Source: Octopus vulgaris (taxonomy: Eukaryota). From it: 64,000 nt of DNA. The notes under the pieces were generated by a model. It saw only the letters and a program-made list of their open reading frames with translations, was not told the origin of the DNA and did no database searches. Location of the stretch: positions 71,114,001 to 71,178,000 of the forward strand of contig OX597818.1 of the NCBI GenBank assembly GCA_951406725.2. Reading direction: 5' to 3'. Positions 26,926-38,567 of the stretch are shown here, in pieces. Position numbers and translations under genes: made by a program. Position 1 is the stretch's first letter, and every line of letters begins with the position of its first letter.

Positions 26926-27770
26926 TCATCACCATCATCATCAATATTTAACGCTCATTTTTCATGACTTGACAGGAATTGGCAAGGCTAGGGGGCCACA
27001 TCAGGTTCCGTAGTGTGTTGTGGTTTAGGTGTTATGGCTGGATGCCCTTCCTGACATCAGCCACTTTAGAGAGTGTACTGGGTGCTTTTTATGTGGCACC
27101 AGCAGCACCCACACCAATACTTTTTATGTGGCACCTTAGTTTTTGGACCTTAATTCTGTTGTGGGCAGATCTCCTTGTACCACATATCTTGGTCCTCTGT
27201 CATTTCCTTTGTAAGGCTCAACATTTTATGATCAGCCTTCAATACCTTGTCTCATGTCTTCCTGGGCCTCCCTCTTCTGCAACTTTCCTCCACTTTAAAG
27301 AGATCAGCCGTTCTTAATGCAATTGTCTTCATTCATCTGCATCACATAACCATACAAGTGCAGTCTCCTCTCTTGCACACTGCATATAATTCCTCTTATG
27401 TCCAACTTCTCCCTCAATACACCAATGCTCTGTTGCACTTCACACTGACATCGCACACCCAACAAAGCATACCAGCTTTGCTCTTCTCCAGCCATTGCAT
27501 GTCCTCTGCCTACTGCCATGCAGCATCACAGCTCATACACATGCACCATACAATCTTCCCTTCACTTTGGTTGCTTACAGAGATTAAAAGGTCTATGAAC
27601 TTTTTTTAATCTTTTTCTTATTCTAGCAATTACATGTACTGTACAACCTTCCTCGCTGCTAGCTAGGCCACCTAGGTAACAATACTTATCTACAACTTCC
27701 AGAGAGCCACCAGGACATTTGAGGAAATCAGCTTCTCGTGCATTTGTTGTTTTTATGGCTTTTATACAGC
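26926..27770 (-). mobile_element. Diverged RTE LINE 3' fragment
   Basis: LEVVDKYCYLGG...ARIR and VQERRLHLYGYV in the minus-strand ORFs; (CAT)-like tail at 26926-26943. Confidence 0.85.
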
Positions 27771-27779
27771 TTTTATATA

Positions 27780-28590
27780 TATATATATCAAAAGTTCCTG
27801 GGCTAGTCCTGCAGCCTGCCAACAGGTGGCAGCACACGGTTGCAGTGACCTTCATGAGGCAGTGTGCCTAGTGACATCACTTTGCAAATTGTGAAATTTG
27901 TGTTTTTGTGATCACGTGTGTCTGCTGTGGTCTGCGATTTTTGTCATGGACAGAAACAAAGAGCCAACATGAAATTTTGCGTTAAACTTAGGAACTTGAG
28001 ACATTGAGCATGCTTTGGCAAGCTTACAGCAATGAGGCAATAGGTCATGCACAATGTTTTGAGTGGCAAGGGCACTTCAAAAGCAGAAGAACATCCCTGG
28101 AAGGTGATGAGCAATCAAGATCTGCCACAAGCATCATCCCCAGAAATGTGAAGAAAATAGAACAGCTTTTGTGCAATGAGGATTGTCAGAGGACAATGAA
28201 GGACATTGCTGATGTTGTTGGTCTGCCGTATGGGTCCGTGCAGCAAGCAATCTTAACATCTGAATTGAATATGACAACAATGCACCTCGTCACCAAGCTC
28301 TCATCACTCATGAGCTTCTTACCAAAAACAACATGGTATCACTTCCATATCCACCTTATTCACTAGATTTAGCATCTGCGGACTTCTATCTCTTCCCAAA
28401 GAGGAAAATGCAAGTCAAAGGTCCCCACTTTAACACCGTTATTGTAATCTAGAGCAAATCACAGAAGGTCATTGATTCACTTATGAAAAATTACTTCCAA
28501 GTACAGTTTCCAAAAGTGACAAGAATGCTGGGGCTGATGTTAAGTTATTTGTTAAACACAACTAGTCTAGAAACTCTTTGATACCACATA
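27780..28590 (+). mobile_element. Mariner-family DNA transposon, internally deleted, non-functional
   Basis: HTH region (QAYSNEAI...CFEWQGHFKSRRTSLEGDE), then DNAP-like and PYSLDLASADFYLFP (YSPDLAP motif). Imperfect TIRs tatcaaaagttcctgggctagt / actagtctagaaactctttgata in TA context. Confidence 0.85.
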
Positions 28591-28611
28591 TATATGCCTG
28601 AAATTTTCAAG

Positions 28612-29085
28612 GGCAGTGAAAGGTATGATGCATGTGTGCGAACTGCCATGCTACACAGCAGTGAAACATGGGCTGTGACTGCTGAAGACATGTTGTTGTG
28701 GCTGATGCCAGTGCCACCTGACTGGCTTCCGTGCTGGTATCACACAATAAGCACCATGCATGTGTGGGTCATTGCCGGTGCTGGTGGCACATAAAAAGCA
28801 CCATCTGAACATCGCTGAAACCCCCCACCCACCTTCAACTGGCTCTTGTACCTGTGGCATGTAAAAAGCAGCATCTGAATGTGGCTAATACCAGTGCTGC
28901 CTGACTGGCTCCCATGCCAGTGGCACGTAAAAAGTACCACTACACTCTTGGAATGGTTGGCATTAGGAAGAGCATCCAGCTGTAGAAAGACTGCCAGATC
29001 AAATTGGAGCCTGGTGTGGCCTCCTGGTTTGCCAGTCCCCAGTTGATGATGGAAAATGGATGTTAAATGATGGTGATGTTAATGA
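28612..29085 (+). mobile_element. RTE LINE 3' fragment with an internal deletion
   Basis: YDACVRTAMLHSSETWAVTAEDM joined directly to the 3' UTR repeat units; ends ggaaaatggatgttaaatgatggtgatg. Confidence 0.85.
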
Positions 29086-29730
29086 TTAAGGTTGTTTATT
29101 GAGGTGCCATAAAATTTCTATTTTTGGTTTATGCTGGATTTGCTTACCAAGTTCTAATTCTCCATAAACCAATCACTTCAGGAGCCTCAAATCATCAATT
29201 TAGTGAATTGTTTATGAAAATTAACAATATGGCTATGTAGAAAATCAGAAATCAGTCTTAAGCTTTACATTATCTAGTTTGCTAAATCAATATTATAAAT
29301 TCAAATTCCACCAGGGTAGACTGTCATTTCTTTTCCTTGGTCAATACAATGAGTACCATTAATACAATTGACTCAGGTCAATTGACCAGAGATCAATTTG
29401 TTTTGGAGAAGAACTTCCTTTACATTTAAGAAATTTTGTCATAATTCAATATAATTCATCTCACAAACATTTATTTACAAATATCTATAAATTTATTAAA
29501 TCTGTGAAAATAAGACATTGTGTAAATGTTTCATTGTTGATACATTTTGTCAATCTTGCTATTTGGTATTTGACTCGGCTTATTTCATTAATTCACTATT
29601 TTGTGAACATTTTAAATCATTGTTTTGTATGTTTTGCAACCTTCCCGTTTTAAATCTTCTTGTAAAAAAAAAAAAATCAAATGTGAAAAATTATTAGTGT
29701 TGACTGTTTTTCTAAGAAAATAAATGATGT

Positions 29731-29749
29731 TATATATACACATATGCAT

Positions 29750-29831
<82 letters not shown>

Positions 29832-29942
29832 TATGCATACATACATATACATACATAGATATATACATAAATATATATACATACATACGTGCATATATAT
29901 ATATACATACACATATATATATAGATACATATATATATATAT
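29731..29942. repeat. (TA)n/(TACA)n compound microsatellite
   Basis: Direct inspection. Confidence 0.95.
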
Positions 29943-30133
29943 AAGTCTTTCTTTGTTTGATTTGCATAATAGTGGTTTTTGTCTCTAATTTATTATAATA
30001 TATATATCATCATCATCATCATCATCATGGAAAACGGACGCTAAACGATGATGATGATGATGATGATGATATATATATTATAATAAATTAGAGACAAAAC
30101 CACTATTATGCAAATCAAACAAAGAAAGACTTA
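29942..30133. repeat. Near-perfect inverted repeat, ~87-bp arms, 19-bp spacer
   Basis: taagtctttctttgtttgatttgcataatagtgg...(cat)n versus (atg)n...ccactattatgcaaatcaaacaaagaaagactta. Confidence 0.95.
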
Positions 30134-30181
30134 AGCCAATACATAAAATATAAAATGTGGTTATTCATTTGTTAAATTTTA

Positions 30182-30231
<50 letters not shown>

Positions 30232-30232
<1 letters not shown>

Positions 30233-30594
30233 ACCTTTTATCAATTCAAAATGAATAATTAAATTACACAATCTAGAAAATTACATATAACAGAAAAGTT
30301 AAAATTAAAATAACAATAAAAAGTCAGGATTCAGTAAATTACAAAAATAATATAATGTATATATATATATTATTATATATACATTATATATGTATGTATA
30401 TATATATATATGTATGTGTATATATATATATGTCTATATATATATGTATCTATGTGTATATATATATTATTATATACATTATATTATTTTTGTAATTTAC
30501 TTAATCTTTACTTTTTATTGTTATTTTAATTTTAACTTTTCTATTATATGTAATTTTCTAGATGGTGTAATTCATGTTGAATTGATAAAAGGTG
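30232..30594. repeat. Imperfect inverted repeat, ~125-bp arms around a TA-rich spacer
   Basis: caccttttatcaattcaa...ctagaaaattacatataa versus ttatatgtaattttctag...ttgaattgataaaaggtg. Confidence 0.9.
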
Positions 30595-30695
30595 TTTTTT
30601 TTCTATATATTATATTGTGTGGAATTTGATTTAGTATTTCTAAATTAAATTCTTTTTCCTTGTAAGTTTGGATTTTATTCCCTCAAATAATAATT

Positions 30696-30741
<46 letters not shown>

Positions 30742-30743
<2 letters not shown>

Positions 30744-31598
30744 CTCTCCCAGGAATGACAAGATGTGAACGAGGACAGGTGAGGTCCCTAATGAACCTCA
30801 TCAACACCCTGTACATGGAGCAAGTAATACTCCAACCAACCAGAGCAGGTAACACACTGGATCTCTGCTTCACAAATAATATAGATCTCATCCATAATGT
30901 GAAAGTGACACCGACACTACTCTCGGATCACAACATGGTAGAGCTGACCATGTACGGGCCAAAAGAGAGCACGGACATGCAGCCTACAAGAAACCCTCAG
31001 AATCTTTCCAGCTTGAACTTCAATAAGGCAAACTGGAAACAAATTGAGAAAGAGATCCTCAAACAAAACTGGCCTGAATGTCTCTCCTCGCCGGACATCG
31101 ACATGATACTTCAACAATTCATGTCTGTAATGCAAGCCATATGCTACAAATGTGTCCCAGAGAGAAAGGCCACTGTACACAAGAACAAAATCCCCAGAGA
31201 GAGGAAAATTTTAATGAGACGGCGTACAAAAATTTCAAATCGCCTAAACAAACAAATTGAAATCAGTGAAAAGTCCTGCCTGAAAATAAAACTGTTGGAA
31301 ATTGAAAATTGTCTGCAACTCTCCCATGAGAAGGAAAGAGCAGAGAAAGAAGCCTGGGCTATAGACAACATAAAAACTAACCCCAGAGCTTTCTACAGGT
31401 ATGCCAAAGAAACAGCTACAGTGCACTGTAGGATAGGGCCACTCCTTGAAAAAGATGGCACACTCACAGGAAAACCAATGAGGGTAAGTGAAATACTGAA
31501 TGAACAATTCAAGAGTGTTTTCACTCCACCCCTTGGGCATTTCCAAATCAGCAATCCAACTGACTTCTTTACCACTGCAGATATAGAATCAGAGGCGA
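30742..31598 (+). mobile_element. CR1-like LINE ORF2 internal fragment (end of APE domain plus linker), open frame, truncated at both ends
   Basis: QPTRAGNTLDLCFTNN, LSDHNMV, NFNKANW, IKTNPRAFYRY and ILNEQFKSVFT. Confidence 0.9.
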
Positions 31599-31763
31599 TT
31601 TGTGTGTCAAATAGCTAGCTTAAGGCGATGGCCTCATGGAGCTAATCAGCGACAGCTTTAGTCTTATATCTATAAGACTGCCATATTAATATGGCAATAA
31701 CAATTAATTTCCAGTAACGCTGCCGTAATCTCTTTTAGAGAGACTTAGTAATTTTAATATTTC

Positions 31764-31767
<4 letters not shown>

Positions 31768-31833
<66 letters not shown>

Positions 31834-31908
31834 GCATCTATATATATGTGTATATATATATATATATGTATATATAGATGCATATATATATATATATGTA
31901 TATATAGA

Positions 31909-31952
<44 letters not shown>

Positions 31953-31957
31953 ATAGA

Positions 31958-32006
<49 letters not shown>

Positions 32007-32200
32007 ACATACATATATACATACATACATATATACATACATACACACACACATACATATATACATACATATATATATACATACATACACACACACACAT
32101 ATATACATACATATATATATACATACATATATATATATATACATATACATATATATGTATACATACATATGTATATACATACATAATATATGTATACATA

Positions 32201-32261
<61 letters not shown>
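31768..32261. repeat. (TA)n-based compound microsatellite
   Basis: Direct inspection. Confidence 0.95.
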
Positions 32262-32263
<2 letters not shown>

Positions 32264-32325
32264 TAAAAATGGTAAGATAAGAAAAGAAAGAAAGAGACCT
32301 CAATATTATGTAAATAGAGGAAATT

Positions 32326-32466
32326 TATCTATAAAATAATATGTTACAATTACTCAATAGTCAAGATAAAATTGAGTTTCAGATGCCGAAGTGGATTTCC
32401 ACTTCGGCATCTGAAACTTAGAGTTTTATCTTGACTATTGAGTAATTGTAACATATTATTTTATAG

Positions 32467-32469
<3 letters not shown>
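32326..32469. repeat. Near-perfect hairpin/palindrome, ~70-bp arms, almost no loop
   Basis: ...gtttcagatgccgaagtgg ATTT ccacttcggcatctgaaac...; the arms extend to tatctataaaataatatgttacaattactcaatagtcaagataaaa. Confidence 0.95.
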
Positions 32470-32504
<35 letters not shown>

Positions 32505-32505
<1 letters not shown>

Positions 32506-33313
32506 AGATCAAGGATAGCTGATTTCCTGGAGACCCACAAACTTCTAAATGCAAATCAGCATGGCTTTCGTTGTGGCAGGGACTGTCTAACACAGCTCTT
32601 ACACCACGTTGAAGATGTACTCAAAGCCTTGGGAACAGGTTCGAACTCTGATGTCATATACCTTGACTTCAGCAAAGCGTTCGACAGGGTAGACCATAAT
32701 ATCCTACTCTCAAAATTGGCAAATGTTGGAATCCGTGGAAAAGTTCTACACTGGATCAAGTATTTCCTGGCGAATAGAACACAACATGTTGTAGTTGATG
32801 GAGTCCACTCAAGCCCAGCAAAAGTCACCAGCGGTGTCCCCCAGGGGACTGTCTTGGGTCCGCTACTCTTCATAATCTACATAAACGACCTTTCCAGTGT
32901 CGTACATTACTGCAAAGTGAAAATATTTGCTAATGACACTAAGCTCCAGCAAATCATCAATGAAGAAGCAGACCGAACTCAACTCCAGTCTGATCTATAT
33001 GCTGTGAGTCAATGGACAGACAGAAACAAAATGCAACTGAATGAGGGAAAATTTGAGCTGATGCATTTTGGAAGAAATTCCTCACTAAAACAACCATACT
33101 CTCTTCCTTCAGGGGAGCCACTCACAGCCTCTAACAATATCAGAGACCTGGGTGTAATTGTTGATGACGATCTGAGTTGGAGTGCACACATCAACAAGAA
33201 GGTCGATATAGCTCGTAGGATGAGTTCCTGGATCTTAAGAACTTTCCGGTCCAGAGAACAAGGTGTCATCATACCACTTTTCTCCTCCTTTGTACGGCCA
33301 CACCTCGAATACT
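32505..33313 (+). mobile_element. CR1-like LINE 'A', RT part (5' half of an interrupted element)
   Basis: NQHGFR, YLDFSKAFDRVDH, SGVPQGTVLGPLLF, FANDTK (mutated FADD) and RDLGV; breaks at RPHLEY. Confidence 0.93.
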
Positions 33314-34421
33314 TTTGACTCGGTAAACCACCACCTACTACTTGTCAAGCTTCAAGCATATAGTTTCCATCCGGATATTGTACGATGGGTTGGTGCCTTC
33401 CTCTCAGATCGCTCCTTCCAAGTTCAAGTTAATGGTTCGCGGTCCGACGTCTCCAGTGCGAGCAGTGGCGTGCCTCAAGGTTCAGTGCTTGGGCCCTTGT
33501 TGTTCTTAGTCTTCATAAATGACTTGCCCGACGACCTCACGCAACACACCCTTCTATTTGCCGACGATATCAAACTGGTCGCTCCTCGCGGTAGTACAGA
33601 GGATCTTCGTCGATGCCTCCACCAAATTTGGAAGTGGTCTAACGATTGGGACCTGTGTCTGAACGTGTCAAAGTGCTGTCATCTGCCTGTCGGCTCTACT
33701 CCTGCAACTCAACTTGATTTCGAGCCGGGTCGTCTGCTGCTGGAGAGGACCGATCAGGTAAAGGACCTGGGTATCTTGGTGGATTCCTCCTTTTCGCCTT
33801 CGGCCCAGTGCATCCATGCTGCCAACAAAGCGCGCGGAATTCTGTTTTTGATTCGACGGTAATTCGGAATGCTCACAGCAGCCATATTCCTACCACTCTA
33901 TGTCACGCTGGTGAGACCCATATTGGAGTATGGGATTCAAGCCTCTTCTCCTTATCTCCTCAAAGACATACAGCATCTCGAAAGAGTCCAGAGGCTGGCT
34001 ACCCGCATGGTTCATGGTCTCAAAAATTTGTCCTACGAAGAAAGGCTGAGGACGCTCGACCTTTATTCTCTTGAAAAACGCCGCTGCCGTGGAGATCTCA
34101 TTCTCGCCCACAACATCATAAGCGAGAAGTGTAACCTCTCGAAAGAGCTGTTCTTCACTCCTGCTCCGGAGCGTCGGCTGCGGGGTCATTCCGAAAAGCT
34201 CTACCTGCGACGATTTCATCTCAATCGAAGGAGAGGAGCTTTCTCCGTCCGGGTTGCGGATCCGTGGAACAAGCTGCCAGACGAGATGGTGAAGATGCCG
34301 ACGACCGCTTTGTTCAAAGCCTCCCTGGACCTCAAGTGGCCTGAACTCTTTACATGAACACCACCCTGTACTTAACTCCATGTCCCCCTACATGGCCTTG
34401 CTATTTGCTTTTGAGCCAAAT

Positions 34422-34450
<29 letters not shown>
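33314..34450 (+). mobile_element. CR1-like LINE 'B', 5'-truncated, nested in LINE A; (AACT)n tail; TSD AATACT
   Basis: FDSVNH, SGVPQGSVLGPLLF, FADDIK, RPILEY and RGDLI, with one in-frame stop at 33860. Tail at ~34421-34450. AATACT at 33308-33313 and 34451-34456. Confidence 0.95.
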
Positions 34451-34455
<5 letters not shown>

Positions 34456-35040
34456 CTGCTGCCCAATGTGGTCTCCCCATACAAAACAAAACATCTCGAG
34501 GATAGAATCACCCCAGAGAGCACTCACTAAACGAATTGAAGGCATGGCTGCTCTCGATTATTGCGATCGCCTTAAAGCCTTGAAACTCCACTCTCTCCAG
34601 CGTCGACGTGAGCGGTACATCATTTGTACGATGTAGAGAATATACTGCCAACTTTGCCCAAACGACCTGAACATTAGCTTCAAGGTTTATCCAAGACTGG
34701 GACCACGGGACATACGTCCCCTGCCCAATTCAAGATCACAGCAAACATGTACACTACAACATAATTTCTTTTCCTCAACAGGCCCTTCTCTATTTAACAT
34801 TGTCCCGAAAGAGATCAAAAAGGAAAAGGATCCCATCAACTTTAAATAGAGTCTGGATAGATTCCTTCAAGGAATACCAGATAAGCTACCCATAATTGGA
34901 TACAACTCACCCAACAAAAACTCACTACTTGAATGGACCATAAACAAAACTTGACTTAAACAGGATTCAAATAATCCTATCAGGTGGTGCTATTAAGTTA
35001 GACATGGCCTGGACCAATCATTGGTCAAAACATATCTAAG
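34451..35040 (+). mobile_element. CR1-like LINE 'A', 3' half
   Basis: Resumes YCCPMWSP...SLQRRRERY...GPSLFNIVP...NSLLEW, directly continuing RPHLE from 33310. Confidence 0.92.
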
Positions 35041-35342
35041 TTTATATATACATATATGTATTTGTCGTAGACGACGTTGTGGTGGTGGTAGTAGATGTTG
35101 TAGTGGTAGGAGTGCTGCTGCTAATCGTTGTTATCCCGTGGCTGTTGTTGCCTTGGTTGGTAGTTGTAGAGTTTGTACTAGTAGCAGTAACGTACCTATA
35201 TATATATATATATACATACATATATATATATATATATATACATACATATATATATACATATATATATATATACATACATATATATATATATACATATATA
35301 TATATATTATATATATATATATATATATACATACATATATAT

Positions 35343-35389
<47 letters not shown>

Positions 35390-35442
35390 CATATATCTAT
35401 ATATATACACACATATATCTATATATATATATACATACATAC

Positions 35443-35491
<49 letters not shown>

Positions 35492-35510
35492 CATATATAT
35501 ATATATATAT

Positions 35511-37030
35511 AAATCCTTAAATCCTTAAAAATGTTTTAGCCCGAAGGCCGCAGCCATGCTGGGGCACCACTGCTGAATGAGCTACACTAATTTGTGAATC
35601 CACCTCTGATACGTGGCACTTGATCAACAAGGGAGTTCGATGCTGCTGCCCGCATCCGCGTCTCCTGTCGTGAGGTAGGCTCATCTGGGACTCCCGACAA
35701 GAAGAGATCCAGTTTAGTTTTAAAGAAACCCACATCCACACCATGTAAGTCTCTCAGGCATTTAGAGAGGATGTTAAGGAGCTGTGGTCCTCTGAAACCC
35801 AAGCTGTTGCAGTATCTGGACCTGTATTTTGATGGTGAAGTTGGAATCCTTGGAATCCTTGGCACCATGCAGTTCTGCGGTTGGAGTAACTTTGAATGCC
35901 AAAGTTTGGGACAAGACCCTCCAGGATTTTCCAGATGTATATCACTGCATATCTCTCCCGCCTCCACTCTAGGGAGAAGAGGTTTAATACCTTCAGTCTT
36001 TCCCAGTAGCTGATATTTTGCATTGAGACGATTTTCTTTGTGTAGCTTCTCTGAATTGCTTCGAGTTCTGTTGTTAGTTTTATATTGTGTGGTGACCAAA
36101 GTTGGGAGCAGTAGTCCAAGCGGCTGAGGATGAATGTTTTCCATAGGACCATCAGTGTCTCCTTCTCTCTTGTTCTGAAAGTTCGGAGAATTCATCCAGC
36201 TAGCCGTCTGCATTTTATCACCAGATTAGTAATATGCATTTGGAAAGATGCATCATTGCTCATGTCAATGCCCAGGTCACGCACTGATTTTGACTCAGGG
36301 ATTGCAATTCTTCCTGGGCCAGTGTATCCAGTCTTCACGTCATTTACCTTTGTGTGCCTGTAGCGCAGGGCCTGGAACTTACCTGCATTAAACTGCATGT
36401 TGTTGTCCTCAGCCCACCTGTATATTGTGTCCAGCTCATGTTGCAGATGCGCAATATTTTCAGGGTTTTGTATTGCGTGGGAGACTTTTGTGTCATCTGC
36501 ATAGCTAGCAAGGGTGGTCATCGTAGCAACTGAAGGCATGTCTGAAAGGGCCACTATGAACATCAGTGGCCCCAAGACAGTGCCCTGTGGGACACCGCTT
36601 GTTATTTGCGTTTCCTTGGAGGTGGCTCCATTGCTCACAACTGCCTGTTTTCTGTCTTTTAGGAAGTTGTGCAGCCACTCTCCAAGTTTCCCGCCTATGC
36701 TGAGACCACACAGTTTGTGACAGATCATACCATGGTCGACTTTATCAAAGGCTTTTGCAAAGTCGAGATATATTACATCCACATTTGAGCCATTTAGTAG
36801 CTGTTTCAACACCCAGTCATAGTGTTGCAGGAGCTGTGTTAGGCAGCCTCTACCTGGTCGAAATCCATGCTGGGTGTCAGACAGCAAGTCATTTTCTTCA
36901 AGGAACATGATTAGTTTCTTACGGACTATTCATTCCATGACTTTCCTGATGTGTGAGGTCAGAGAGATAGGCCTATAATTTTTAGCATCTGCTCTGCTAC
37001 CTCCCTTATGGATAGGGCATATTACCCCAC
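35511..37030 (-). mobile_element. CR1-like LINE 'C' subfamily copy, 5'-truncated, between TA tracts
   Basis: [52 protein letters not shown] and DYCSQLWSP, with stops/frameshifts; 3' UTR gtggtgccccagcatggctgcgg. Confidence 0.95.
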
Positions 37031-37540
37031 ATATACACATATATACATACATATATATATATATACATACATATATACATATGTATATAAACATACATAT
37101 ATACATATATATATATACATACATATATATATACATATATATATATACATATATATATATACATATATATACATATATATACATATATATACATATATAT
37201 ATATATACATATGTATATATATATATATACATATAACATCGACGTCATACCTCCCTTTGCAGGATAAGGACACCGTGACGTGTCGAGCCTTTCTGGTGAC
37301 GTCGATGTTCGCCTGGACATATATTCAGATGGCTTTAGTCCCTTATGTTATCGAGCAGTTACTGTCTATATCTCTTTTAGAGAATTATTATTGTATATAT
37401 ATATATATATATATACATATATATACATATATATATATACATATATATACATATATATATATACATATATATATACATATATATATATATACATACATAT
37501 ATATCTACATACATATATATATATAAATATATACATATAC

Positions 37541-37585
<45 letters not shown>

Positions 37586-37599
37586 CATATATATATACG

Positions 37600-37862
37600 T
37601 AAAGTAAAGACCCCCTTCGGTCATGAATGACCATGGGATTGCACCTAGAAAGTTACCCTCCTAGACACAAGTCCGGGCAAGGTTGTTTATGGAAGACCAG
37701 CAGTCGCCCATGCATACCAGCCTCCCCTCTCCACGCCACCAGTGTTATCCAAGGGAAAGACAAAGGTCGATACAGCTTGGCACCAGTGACGTCGCAACTC
37801 ATTTCTACAGCTGAGTGAACTGGAGCAACGTGAAATAAAGTGTCTTGCTCAAGAACACAACA
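37600..37862 (-). mobile_element. SINE lacking its 5' head, with a CORE-like central domain
   Basis: Minus strand tgtgttcttgagcaagacactttatttcac...ctcagctgtagaaatgag resembles the SINE CORE consensus; CpG-retaining island in TA repeats; tail (CTTTA)-like. Confidence 0.6.
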
Positions 37863-37961
37863 CACATATATATATATACATACATATATATATATACACA
37901 CATATATATATACATACATATATATATACACACATATATATATACATACATATATATACAC

Positions 37962-38006
<45 letters not shown>

Positions 38007-38012
38007 CAATAT

Positions 38013-38097
<85 letters not shown>

Positions 38098-38304
38098 TAT
38101 ATACATATATATATACATATATATACATATATATACATATACATATACATATATATATATACATATATATATATATACATATATATATATACATATATAT
38201 ACATATATACATGTATATATATATACATATATACATATATACATGTATATATATACATATATACATATATATATACATATATACATATATATATATATAC
38301 ATAT

Positions 38305-38395
<91 letters not shown>

Positions 38396-38472
38396 TACAT
38401 ATATATATACATATATGCATATATATATATATATACATATATACATATATACATACATATATATATACATAC

Positions 38473-38505
<33 letters not shown>

Positions 38506-38524
38506 CATATATACATATATATAT

Positions 38525-38557
<33 letters not shown>

Positions 38558-38567
38558 TATATATATA
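37863..38567. repeat. ~700-bp (TA)n/(TACA) compound microsatellite
   Basis: Direct inspection; source of the long YIYI ORFs. Similar tracts at 35197-35510, 37031-37233 and 37393-37598. Confidence 0.97.

Noticed and set aside
33890-34381. 163-aa minus-strand ORF, and similar antisense ORFs over other LINEs
   Set aside because: Antisense shadow of LINE ORF2 in GC-richer sequence.
34421-34450. Telomere-like (AACT)n repeat
   Set aside because: It lies exactly at the 3' end of LINE B before the TSD, so it is a LINE tail and not TTAGGG.
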